From the IMG/VR virus record IMGVR_UViG_3300026116_000006: a DNA stretch of 64,000 nucleotides. One strand, 5' to 3'. Positions 56,385 through 64,000 of this stretch are shown here, piece by piece (the stretch's first letter is position 1; the number at the start of each line of letters is the position of its first letter). The translations under genes were made by a program, and so were the position numbers. Below the pieces are notes generated by a model. That model saw nothing but the letters and a program-made list of their open reading frames with translations. It ran no database searches and had not been told where the DNA came from. This DNA comes from an uncultured virus (IMG/VR IMGVR_UViG_3300026116_000006). Taxonomy: Duplodnaviria; Heunggongvirae; Uroviricota; Caudoviricetes.

Positions 56385-59300
56385 CTCGTCGCCCCCGCGG
56401 CAATCTCGAGTGCTATCTGCAGGGCCGACTTACCAGTTTTTGCCGGTTCAGGATAGGGGGCGACGACGCGTCCCCCATCCTGGCGTGCTACTCGCGGCCC
56501 GAAGTCCGATGCGGTCGGTGGCCGTGCGGTGAGGTTTCGGCCTCCTCGCGCGCGTCCTTGTGCTGGCTTTGCTTTCGCAAGCCATGCTTCGAGGTCTTTC
56601 TCAAGTTGTGCTCGAGCGCGATCGAGGTGGGCTCGGGGATTTCGTCCGAGTGCTTGCTCCAGCCGGTCGAGATAACCTTTCCCATGGGGATCCTTGCTCC
56701 AATCGTTGCGCGCCTTGGTGATCTCTGCTTCGTGACCCAGCAGCCGGATATCATACGGCAGCTGCTGGGCAACACGATGCAAAGGCCCGCCTTCAGCAAT
56801 AGCCGATTGTAAACTTTGGTGTGTCTTTACGCCACCCTTATCGACCAGCGCCCGGATGCCGCGCTCGCCGGCCGCGGTGGTGATCGGCTGATAGCCCTGG
56901 ATCAGGCCGCTGGGGTCGGCGGCCATCACTTTTTCCCAGAGATCCTGTAGTTTTTGCGGGTCCTCGAGGTGCTTCGACCCGTGCTCGATGAAGTCGACCG
57001 CGAAGCCCTTGGGGTTGGCTGTCACAGGTTTGGCACGATGATGCCAGACCTCGGTCTGGTTCAGGAGATAGCCCAAGGCATTGGCGGCGATATCGGCGCC
57101 CTTGTGGGTCGCCAGTGTCTGGCCGACCGCCGCCGGGTTCTGATCACGCTGCCACGCGCCCGTGCCATGCACCAGTTTTTGCAACGGGATGCCGGCGAGG
57201 TTGCGCGCATGCTCCATCGCCCGTTCGGTGAGGTGGCGCGTCAGGCCAACCTTGTCCTCGGGCGACAACGCCGCAAAATGTTGGCCGTACTTCTTCGCCC
57301 AGGGCGACCCTTCGCCCGGCGCGACCTCGAACGACAACCGACGCAGATTGCGCTCGAGCCCGCTTTCGCTGTCCTCCTCGGCATTGCGCGTGAGCTTGGT
57401 CATGCCCATCCAGCCCACGGCCTGGGCCTCGGCGGGGGTCCAGTCCTTGCGCCCCATCCAGCCCACTTCGTTCAGATGCTTGGTGAGCGCGCGTCCCCAG
57501 TCGGCCCGGTTTTCGTAGGCGGTGGCCGTTGGTGTGCCTTGCATATCGACCTTGAGCTTCTTGAGGGCTCGCTTGTCGTATCCAAGCCGCTCGAGGTGGT
57601 TGAGCAATTCTTTGTCGACCATGCCGGTATCGCGGGCGGTGTGGACATCGACCACGAAGGGGTCGCCACCTTCCGGGTGATTGCCCATCCATGATCGAAC
57701 ACGCTTTCCTTCAGCCGCGTCCACGAAGTCGCCAATTTTCTGACCCACGCCTGCAGTGATCGGTTGATCTTGAAGAACGGCACGCGCGGCCTCCGTCGGG
57801 TTGGGCATGCCGCCAGCTTTCCAGAGCCGCTTCGGCATACCGCGATTGATCTGTTCTTGCTGCATCAACACGTTGTGCATCGCGCCGCCCGGCGAGATGT
57901 TCTGCTGCGCTACCAGCCACGCATTACGATGCCGACGCGCGAGATCAGGATTGTCGGGGTAGTATTGATTGAACTGGTGGGCGACATCCTTGTACCAGCG
58001 CGCCGCCTTGTGGATCTCGTCGGGCGACAGGATGCGCTCATGGCGTTGCTTCCAATCTTCAAAGTTGATGTCGCCGGTCGCGAAGTCAGGCAGGTGGTTG
58101 CTGCCGGGCGGCGCCTTGATGATCGTGCGTGGATTGCCAGGGTTACCGACAACCTTGTTCTTGGCCACACGCATCTGGCGCAGGCGCATCCGATTGGCCG
58201 CGTCGGCGTCAGGAAACTTCAGGCCGCCGAGATCGGTCGACTGCGGCATCCCCGTCTGGTCGACCTCGTGCCCGATCTCATCGCCCGGTGGGATCTCACC
58301 ACCGCTGGCATATTTCGCACCTTTGCTGATCAGCTGATGGGCGCGTGCGTGCATGTCGGGCGTCCAGGTCGACGGATGGACATGCGACAGCACATGCATG
58401 TGGCGCTGCTCTTCACGCGTCAGTTTCGCGACGCCGCCTTCACCGTACGCGCCGGGCTCGTCGACCGCGCCACCATCGGCATAGACCTCACCCCCTTCGC
58501 TGTAGGCCGGCAGGCCCTTCAGAATCGACTCGCGCATCTTGGGCGTGATCTCGAGCTTATGGACTTTCGGTCCAGAAACCACGTGAGACTTGATCCGGTA
58601 GAGGTCATCGCGCTTGCGCTTCCAGTTCGCCGCGTTGCGCTCAGCCCATTTCAAGGCTTCAGCATGCGTCTCGAAAGGATTGCTCACAGGCTGGTTATCC
58701 TCGACATCATGCACGACGTATCGCTTCTGCGTGCCCAGATCGTGCCCGAACAGATGCACCTTGGCCTCGGGGTCATGCTTCTTCGCCAGCTTCTCGAGCG
58801 CGGCTGGCACGATCTTGTCGTAGAAACCCTTCATCCCTTCGCCACCGACATTGAGGTCGAGACCGCTATACTCGCGCTGGAAAGGGCCGTGGCCGGTATT
58901 GGTGTGCTGACCGTGATGCTCGCGGATCTTCTGCGCCATCTCCTTGCCGACGGCGTCCTCGAGCTTGTCGTGGAAGACGAGATGGGGTGAGTGCCAATCG
59001 CCGCCGTGTTCTTTCATCGCGATGTCGTAGGCCTTGTCACCAGGACGATCGCGCACGTCGAGCGCCTCGAGGCGCTTGGCAAGACTGTACCGCTTCGCCT
59101 GTTCCTCGCCGGGTGTGATCAGCAGGTTCTTATGACCGCCCTTCGCGGCTTCCATCAATGCATGCTTGAGACCGAGATCGACCCACTTCGATGTGTTATC
59201 GACGTAAGGACCATGCGGTGTTGTTGGACCCCATGTACGAGCAAACTCTTGCGCTAGCTCAGGCGTCGTGAAGCTGATCGACCGTCGTCCACTCGGTGTT

Positions 59301-60097
59301 TCCGCGTAAAAACCTCCGTCATCTTCCACAATCTTAGGCCCGCCAAAACCGTGCTTTCGCCCTTCTTGCGCCCAGTCGCTTTGCAACTCCTCGAGATGCA
59401 GGTCTTTGCCGAGCTTCATCGCCCCAGGATCGCGGTGCGTGCGATCGGACATGCGTAGATGCAGGATGGGGTTGTTGACGTCGTCCCAGTGGCTCGATCG
59501 GTAAGGTGCTTCGGTATTGCTTTCAGCCGCATTGCGTCGCTGTGCTTCGTCACGCATGCGTCCATACATACCGTGGAGAACTTCCTGTCCCGTGTGTCGA
59601 TCAACCAATGGAACGTACGGCCCTTGTTGCGGTACGTGATATCGCTTGACCATTTTTGGCGAGGGTAGGTGCAGCACCTGCTCGCGATAGTTCTTGCCGC
59701 CGGGGATCGTGTAGTCGGCATATTTCGGTCCACCCGATCCACCCTCGTCGGGATCATAATCGTAGGTATCGTCGCTGAACTCGTGCGTGCCGAGCTTGGG
59801 GAGGTTCTGATGGAAATGTTTCCTCAATTCCTGACGCGTGACGCTGGGCCGGCTGCCGAAGGTTTCGTCGAATTTAGCCTGTTTGATTTCATCGGGCTTG
59901 ACGCCGCCCTTCAGCAGCATGGCCTTAAACTGAGCTGGCGTGCCCTTCTCCTGCTTGACGCCGCGCAGCGCCTCTGCGGCGGGCGAATAGAGGCCAAGGT
60001 CGGTCAGCTCGCGACGGTTCGGGTCAGGCTCCTTGATGTAGGAGGGCGACTGGAGGTTCTGCGACAGCCGCATGGCATCTTCGACGGGATCAGCCAT
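56381..60097 (-). CDS. large polyvalent-type protein with C-terminal HhH-glycosylase-like region
   Basis: N-domain GLYS...GVKPDEI...SHW...HLEELQSDW; C-domain WY...QQNISP...GQKI.DF...VVDVH...AEAQAVGW. Confidence 0.65.
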   Translation of the reverse strand: MADPVEDAMRLSQNLQSPSYIKEPDPNRRELTDLGLYSPAAEALRGVKQEKGTPAQFKAMLLKGGVKPDEIKQAKFDETFGSRPSVTRQELRKHFHQNLPKLGTHEFSDDTYDYDPDEGGSGGPKYADYTIPGGKNYREQVLHLPSPKMVKRYHVPQQGPYVPLVDRHTGQEVLHGMYGRMRDEAQRRNAAESNTEAPYRSSHWDDVNNPILHLRMSDRTHRDPGAMKLGKDLHLEELQSDWAQEGRKHGFGGPKIVEDDGGFYAETPSGRRSISFTTPELAQEFARTWGPTTPHGPYVDNTSKWVDLGLKHALMEAAKGGHKNLLITPGEEQAKRYSLAKRLEALDVRDRPGDKAYDIAMKEHGGDWHSPHLVFHDKLEDAVGKEMAQKIREHHGQHTNTGHGPFQREYSGLDLNVGGEGMKGFYDKIVPAALEKLAKKHDPEAKVHLFGHDLGTQKRYVVHDVEDNQPVSNPFETHAEALKWAERNAANWKRKRDDLYRIKSHVVSGPKVHKLEITPKMRESILKGLPAYSEGGEVYADGGAVDEPGAYGEGGVAKLTREEQRHMHVLSHVHPSTWTPDMHARAHQLISKGAKYASGGEIPPGDEIGHEVDQTGMPQSTDLGGLKFPDADAANRMRLRQMRVAKNKVVGNPGNPRTIIKAPPGSNHLPDFATGDINFEDWKQRHERILSPDEIHKAARWYKDVAHQFNQYYPDNPDLARRHRNAWLVAQQNISPGGAMHNVLMQQEQINRGMPKRLWKAGGMPNPTEAARAVLQDQPITAGVGQKIGDFVDAAEGKRVRSWMGNHPEGGDPFVVDVHTARDTGMVDKELLNHLERLGYDKRALKKLKVDMQGTPTATAYENRADWGRALTKHLNEVGWMGRKDWTPAEAQAVGWMGMTKLTRNAEEDSESGLERNLRRLSFEVAPGEGSPWAKKYGQHFAALSPEDKVGLTRHLTERAMEHARNLAGIPLQKLVHGTGAWQRDQNPAAVGQTLATHKGADIAANALGYLLNQTEVWHHRAKPVTANPKGFAVDFIEHGSKHLEDPQKLQDLWEKVMAADPSGLIQGYQPITTAAGERGIRALVDKGGVKTHQSLQSAIAEGGPLHRVAQQLPYDIRLLGHEAEITKARNDWSKDPHGKGYLDRLEQALGRNPRAHLDRARAQLEKDLEAWLAKAKPAQGRARGGRNLTARPPTASDFGPRVARQDGGRVVAPYPEPAKTGKSALQIALEIAAGATR

Positions 60098-62450
60098 TGG
60101 GGAGATCCGCGGCACCCAGGCCTCGCTTCATTTTCTCCTCCTTCTCTTGGCGCTGCACGTCGGCCAGGGCCGGCGTGATCAGGGGCGCCACGAGATGCGC
60201 GCTCTCGGGATGCACGGCGAGGTTTTGCGCGGCATCGATCAAGTTCATCTTCTCGGCCGTGATGCCCTTGGCGATCTCGTTGTCGACCTTCCGGCTCTCG
60301 AGTGCGGCATCCATCTTGGTCTTCACGATCTTGACCTTGTTGTCGACATCGCTGTTCTGCTGCTCGAGGTTGAGCTTGGCCTGACCCAGGCCCTGGTCGA
60401 GCTGGGCCTTTGACATCGCCGCCTGAGCCTTCATCTTGTTGGCATCGACAGCCCCCTGCTTGATCTTCAGCTCCTCCATCGCCTGCATCATCTCGGGCGT
60501 CGGCTGGTTTGCCTGATCGTCAGGCTTCATAAACTCCTGCGGGTTGCCCCAGCCCAAGGTGCGGAGAGCCAGCTCATGCAGAGCCTTCATGTCGTAGAGC
60601 TGCGGCGCGCCCTGCGCCAGGAGGAACAGCGCGCCCACCTTCGCAATCCGCTGGACCTGCGAAGCCGTGTTCGGGTCCGCCTGGGGTACAAGGTAGAAAT
60701 TCTCGAGCGCGTCTGTGAAGGTCTTCTGGTCCCAGGGGAGAGCGGGCCGTTTGTTGGTCTCCCAGAAGCTCTCGGGGTGCTCGCGGAAGACCTGGGCCAG
60801 GAGCTGAAACTCGCGCGCTTGGCTGGCGTGCAGCCGCTTATGGACGCTGTTCAGGATCTTCTGCGCCTGCTCGATCAGGGCCAGCGTGGTCCCGACCGGG
60901 GCATTCTGCTTGCCCTCACCTACCTGCTGCTCGGCTGTCATGCCGACGCGCTGGGTTGTCTCGACGATATTTTTCGCCAGCTCCATCAGCGCCGGCAGGC
61001 CCTCGGTTTTGTAGGGCAGCGGCATGACGGCATCGCGCATCGGCATGCCCGCCGTGTCGATCTCGGCGCCGCCGCCCGGCGGGATCCTGAAGATGTTGGT
61101 GTTCTGTCGGCCGCCGCCCTTGGCGTAGAGGAAACCGGGGAAGCTCGCGAACATGCCGGCGTCGAGCATCTCGCGCCACGCCGCAGTCACGGCGATCGTG
61201 GCATTGGCCAGGATGTGCAGCAGGCCGATGCCATAGAAGCCCATGCCGGGCACGAAGGTGTACTCGATGAAGACGTCCCGTCGCTGTGGGAGCTTGCCTG
61301 CCGCCGGCTTGCTGTAGTTGCGCCGGATCGACAGCATCTTCTTCGAGCTGACATCGATCGTCACGACATAGGGCACCGGCAGGCCTGACTCCTTGCCCTT
61401 CCAGCGGTGCTCGAGGCCTTTGACGTCGATGTCGGTGTAGCATTCGTAGATCTCGCGATCGCGGTCCTGCGCACGCGTGGTCTGGGTGTCGATGCCCTCG
61501 ACATCGCGCTTCTTGCGCCGGATTGCATTCTCGACTGGCTCCTGCGGATCGCCGAGATCGACATCGTCGTAGATGCCGAGGATCTGCATGCGTCGCACGG
61601 TCGACTGTGTCAGCATCGATCGGTGCGTGATGCGCTTGGCGTCATCGAGCGTGATCGCGGCATTGTTCACGATCAGATCATCGGCATCGACCGATAGGGA
61701 GCACGGCCGGTTCAGCAGCGGATCGTAGTAGACTTTCTTGAAGGTCGTCCCGCCGAAGCCCAGGAACAGCAGCATGCGGTCGGTGTCGGCATAGTAGTTC
61801 TTGTCGGTGACGGTGAGGAAATGATTGAAGTCTTTCTCGAGCGCATGCGCCAGCTCATCCTCAGCTTTGGGCGTGTTGTTGTTGTCGTCTCGGATCTTGA
61901 CCGGCCCATCAGTCGGCAGCAGTTCGCTGCGTGCGTTGGCCTGGAACCGCAGCACGGCTTCAAGAAGCAGTGGATGCCGGATGGTCGACTGGCTCTGAAC
62001 GGAAAGGCCGTCGGGCGAGCCCCCAACGTCGTCTGGGTTCTCCAGTGTCAGCCCGAGCAGGTCGATGCCTGTCTCGCGAGTAGTAATCCAGTCCTGGCGG
62101 GATGCCAGATCATCCTGAACGCCGCGCAGGATGTCGTCGACAATTCGGTTCTTCTCGATGTCTTCGATTTTGTCGACAAGGTTGGTGAACCAGCCATGCG
62201 GGCTGTCGTCTTCGGCCGAACGCAGGGGTCGGTCATCGGTCGAGATCGTGATCGACCCATCCGAGTGCTCGATGCTCACCACATTGCCGCGCTCGTCGAG
62301 GATTTCGTTATCGTCCGAGGCGTTCAGCGGGACGTCGTCTTCATCGTCGTCGATCTGGCTGTTGATCCGCTCGACAAAACGCTGGGCGCTGGGTGAGATC
62401 TTGAGGCGGACGCCGGCAGGCTTGAGACCATAAGCGGAGGAGGCAGCCAT
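60090..62450 (-). CDS. portal protein
   Basis: HPLLLEAVLRFQA, GTTFKKVYYD, PGMGFYGIGL, DAGMFASFPG, APVGTTLALIE, HKRLH. Confidence 0.9.
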   Translation of the reverse strand: MAASSAYGLKPAGVRLKISPSAQRFVERINSQIDDDEDDVPLNASDDNEILDERGNVVSIEHSDGSITISTDDRPLRSAEDDSPHGWFTNLVDKIEDIEKNRIVDDILRGVQDDLASRQDWITTRETGIDLLGLTLENPDDVGGSPDGLSVQSQSTIRHPLLLEAVLRFQANARSELLPTDGPVKIRDDNNNTPKAEDELAHALEKDFNHFLTVTDKNYYADTDRMLLFLGFGGTTFKKVYYDPLLNRPCSLSVDADDLIVNNAAITLDDAKRITHRSMLTQSTVRRMQILGIYDDVDLGDPQEPVENAIRRKKRDVEGIDTQTTRAQDRDREIYECYTDIDVKGLEHRWKGKESGLPVPYVVTIDVSSKKMLSIRRNYSKPAAGKLPQRRDVFIEYTFVPGMGFYGIGLLHILANATIAVTAAWREMLDAGMFASFPGFLYAKGGGRQNTNIFRIPPGGGAEIDTAGMPMRDAVMPLPYKTEGLPALMELAKNIVETTQRVGMTAEQQVGEGKQNAPVGTTLALIEQAQKILNSVHKRLHASQAREFQLLAQVFREHPESFWETNKRPALPWDQKTFTDALENFYLVPQADPNTASQVQRIAKVGALFLLAQGAPQLYDMKALHELALRTLGWGNPQEFMKPDDQANQPTPEMMQAMEELKIKQGAVDANKMKAQAAMSKAQLDQGLGQAKLNLEQQNSDVDNKVKIVKTKMDAALESRKVDNEIAKGITAEKMNLIDAAQNLAVHPESAHLVAPLITPALADVQRQEKEEKMKRGLGAADLPNG

Positions 62451-62701
62451 CAATGCACCTGTTGAAGAATAGGCTTCAAGGTGCCGAGCTTGTCCTCCTC
62501 GACAAAGCGTCGGATCCCTTCGTGGGCGGCCAATGTATCAGACGGGGCTTCGATGAAATAGACCCGGCGGGCCTGGAAATGCCAGAACGGCGCAGTGCGC
62601 ACGATCACCTGCCATTGCCAGCTGCCGCCGCCGATCTGCCGGTCCTGACGATCGACCACGCACATGCAGGGAATGTCCTGCTTGAGAAAATCATGCGTCA
62701 T
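62450..62701 (-). CDS. hypothetical protein
   Basis: MTHDFLKQ coupled (ATGA) to the TerL stop. Confidence 0.55.
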   Translation of the reverse strand: MTHDFLKQDIPCMCVVDRQDRQIGGGSWQWQVIVRTAPFWHFQARRVYFIEAPSDTLAAHEGIRRFVEEDKLGTLKPILQQVH

Positions 62702-64000
62702 GCGCGGGCCCCCGGATAAAGCGGCTTGGGCCGACGCACGTTCTCGTAACGCATCGACCGCTGGATATCGTCGCGGATCTCGGGCGGGCGCGAGAGCAAA
62801 CCGAGCTGGCGCAAATGGCGCAGCGCTTGACTGGTGGTGTCGACCAGATCGTCGTGCTGCCCGTTGGGGAACGTGCCACATTGACCCATCACTGCTTCGG
62901 CCCAGGGGCGCTCCGGCGCAAACACCATGCCCTCTTCAAAAAGATGCTGAACCGAATACAGGCGCGCCACCTTGTCGTTCCCGTGCCCTCCGCGCGAGGC
63001 TCCCACATTGTTGAGCTGTGTCGTGAAGCGCGCGTTGCCAAACAGCCGGTGGATTTCCTGTGCTACCGAGTGGCCTGTGGCTTTCGCCTCGATCAGGAGC
63101 TTGTCGACACGATACTGCGTGCAGAGCTGTTCGACCTTTACCACGAGAGGATGCAGCTCAAGATAGTCGGTCCAGGAGTAGAGCAGCATGACCTTGGGGA
63201 TGGTCTTCGGCTGCATCAGCTCAAGCAGCTCGGCCTCGTTGCCATAGACCTGAATGACGTTGCCTTCACGGCGGATCCGACGCGTCGGCAGATTGAGATC
63301 GGTCGCTTGGTTGAAGATGCCCCAGATGGTCAATGCCGATGGATCATTGATCGTCTTCTCGGTGTACGCCGTATCGAGCGACGCCAGAATGTAGCTCATC
63401 GGTGGGAACTCGAGCGTTTCCGTCGGCCGTCCACGCTCGTCGAACTGCTCACCGCCGGGCGGCCAGACCTGCCACCAATCGCGCTGGATGATGCCGCCGC
63501 CCTTGGGCTCGGGGCGCTGCTGCAGCTGGCCCGCGATCCGCCACTTGGTTCGAAGACGCGTCTTGAGGTCCTCTACCGCGCGCCGATTGAAGCGCTGCGG
63601 CCAGAGCAACTCGTTCTCCTTGGTCCGGGGATCCCGCCAGCCGATTGAGGTGGTAGCGCAGCGTGCCTTCTCGAACTCCATCGGCAGGACGAGATGCTCC
63701 CATTCCTGCTTCTTGTCGTTCTCGAGGATGTGACCGGAGAGATCCTGCTCACCCAGCCGCTGCTGGATGACGATGATGGCGCCGGTCGACGGATCGTTGA
63801 GACGGGTTGCCATCGCACCGTCCCACCATTCCTCGTTGGTGGTCTGGATCACCACGTCGGACAGCGCCTCGCGGGCGTTGTTGGGATCGTCGACGATGAT
63901 GATGTTGCCGCCCTCGCCGGTCACCGCCGCATCGACTGAGGTGATCAGGCTCTCGCCGCCCTTGGTATTGGAGAAGCGGATCTTCATATCCTGGTCGACC
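62698..64000 (-). CDS. terL: terminase large subunit, 5' end outside the window
   Basis: TGEGGNIIIVDDP, IQQRLGEQDLSG, GQLQQRP, SLDTA, IEAKATG, FPNGQHDDLVD. Confidence 0.95.
   Translation of the reverse strand, partial: VDQDMKIRFSNTKGGESLITSVDAAVTGEGGNIIIVDDPNNAREALSDVVIQTTNEEWWDGAMATRLNDPSTGAIIVIQQRLGEQDLSGHILENDKKQEWEHLVLPMEFEKARCATTSIGWRDPRTKENELLWPQRFNRRAVEDLKTRLRTKWRIAGQLQQRPEPKGGGIIQRDWWQVWPPGGEQFDERGRPTETLEFPPMSYILASLDTAYTEKTINDPSALTIWGIFNQATDLNLPTRRIRREGNVIQVYGNEAELLELMQPKTIPKVMLLYSWTDYLELHPLVVKVEQLCTQYRVDKLLIEAKATGHSVAQEIHRLFGNARFTTQLNNVGASRGGHGNDKVARLYSVQHLFEEGMVFAPERPWAEAVMGQCGTFPNGQHDDLVDTTSQALRHLRQLGLLSRPPEIRDDIQRSMRYENVRRPKPLYPGARA

Larger units (their letters stand above)
1..64000. 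mobile_element. Tailed bacteriophage genome, near complete, probably podovirus-like
   Basis: TerS, TerL, portal, major capsid, tail/ejection, lysis and replication genes; no host housekeeping genes or integrase recognised. Confidence 0.95.

Noticed and set aside
29071..58990. Long plus-strand ORFs such as 29071-30450, 32557-34329, 51047-52390, 54024-55208 and 57764-58990
   Set aside because: Antisense shadows of high-GC minus-strand genes, with no recognisable motifs
1..64000. Frequent TCGA, CGATCG and GTCGAC words as a special signal
   Set aside because: Compatible with high-GC codon usage, and I cannot quantify it without computation

Overview
This window holds most of a GC-rich tailed dsDNA phage genome, probably podovirus-like. 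The evidence is a portal, major capsid, adaptor/nozzle and large ejection-type proteins, with no tape measure or sheath recognised. The host is plausibly an alphaproteobacterium (inference). Left arm, 1-17.2 kb, minus strand: terminase small subunit, an iteron-like origin, a RepB-type primase/SF3 helicase, many small early genes, an SNF2 helicase and a VRR-NUC nuclease. Many of the early genes share a TTGACA-TAGGTGTGCC promoter/operator and a CCTACCAC-GGAG leader. Centre, 17.2-24.5 kb, plus strand: RHH regulator, J-domain protein, Tad2/DUF2829-like protein, DUF2800 nuclease, SSB-like protein, family A DNA polymerase and a HAD hydrolase. Right arm, 24.5-64 kb, minus strand: morphogenesis and lysis genes, ending in a truncated large terminase. 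The standout feature is a self-contained cassette in the head module at 50.7-52.8 kb. It has its own promoter/operator, three tandem Y-RNA-like genes, a Ro60/TROVE gene and a small HTH gene. Two of the RNAs carry tRNA mimics that keep anticodon arms but are circularly permuted at different points. Other signals: a recurrent x-x-GG peptide motif that delimits domains in six late proteins, a HiPIP-like module, several candidate signal-sponge anti-defence proteins, an in-frame TAG in the putative i-spanin, and a twin-hairpin leader before the capsid genes. All family assignments are motif recognition by eye; no searches were run.
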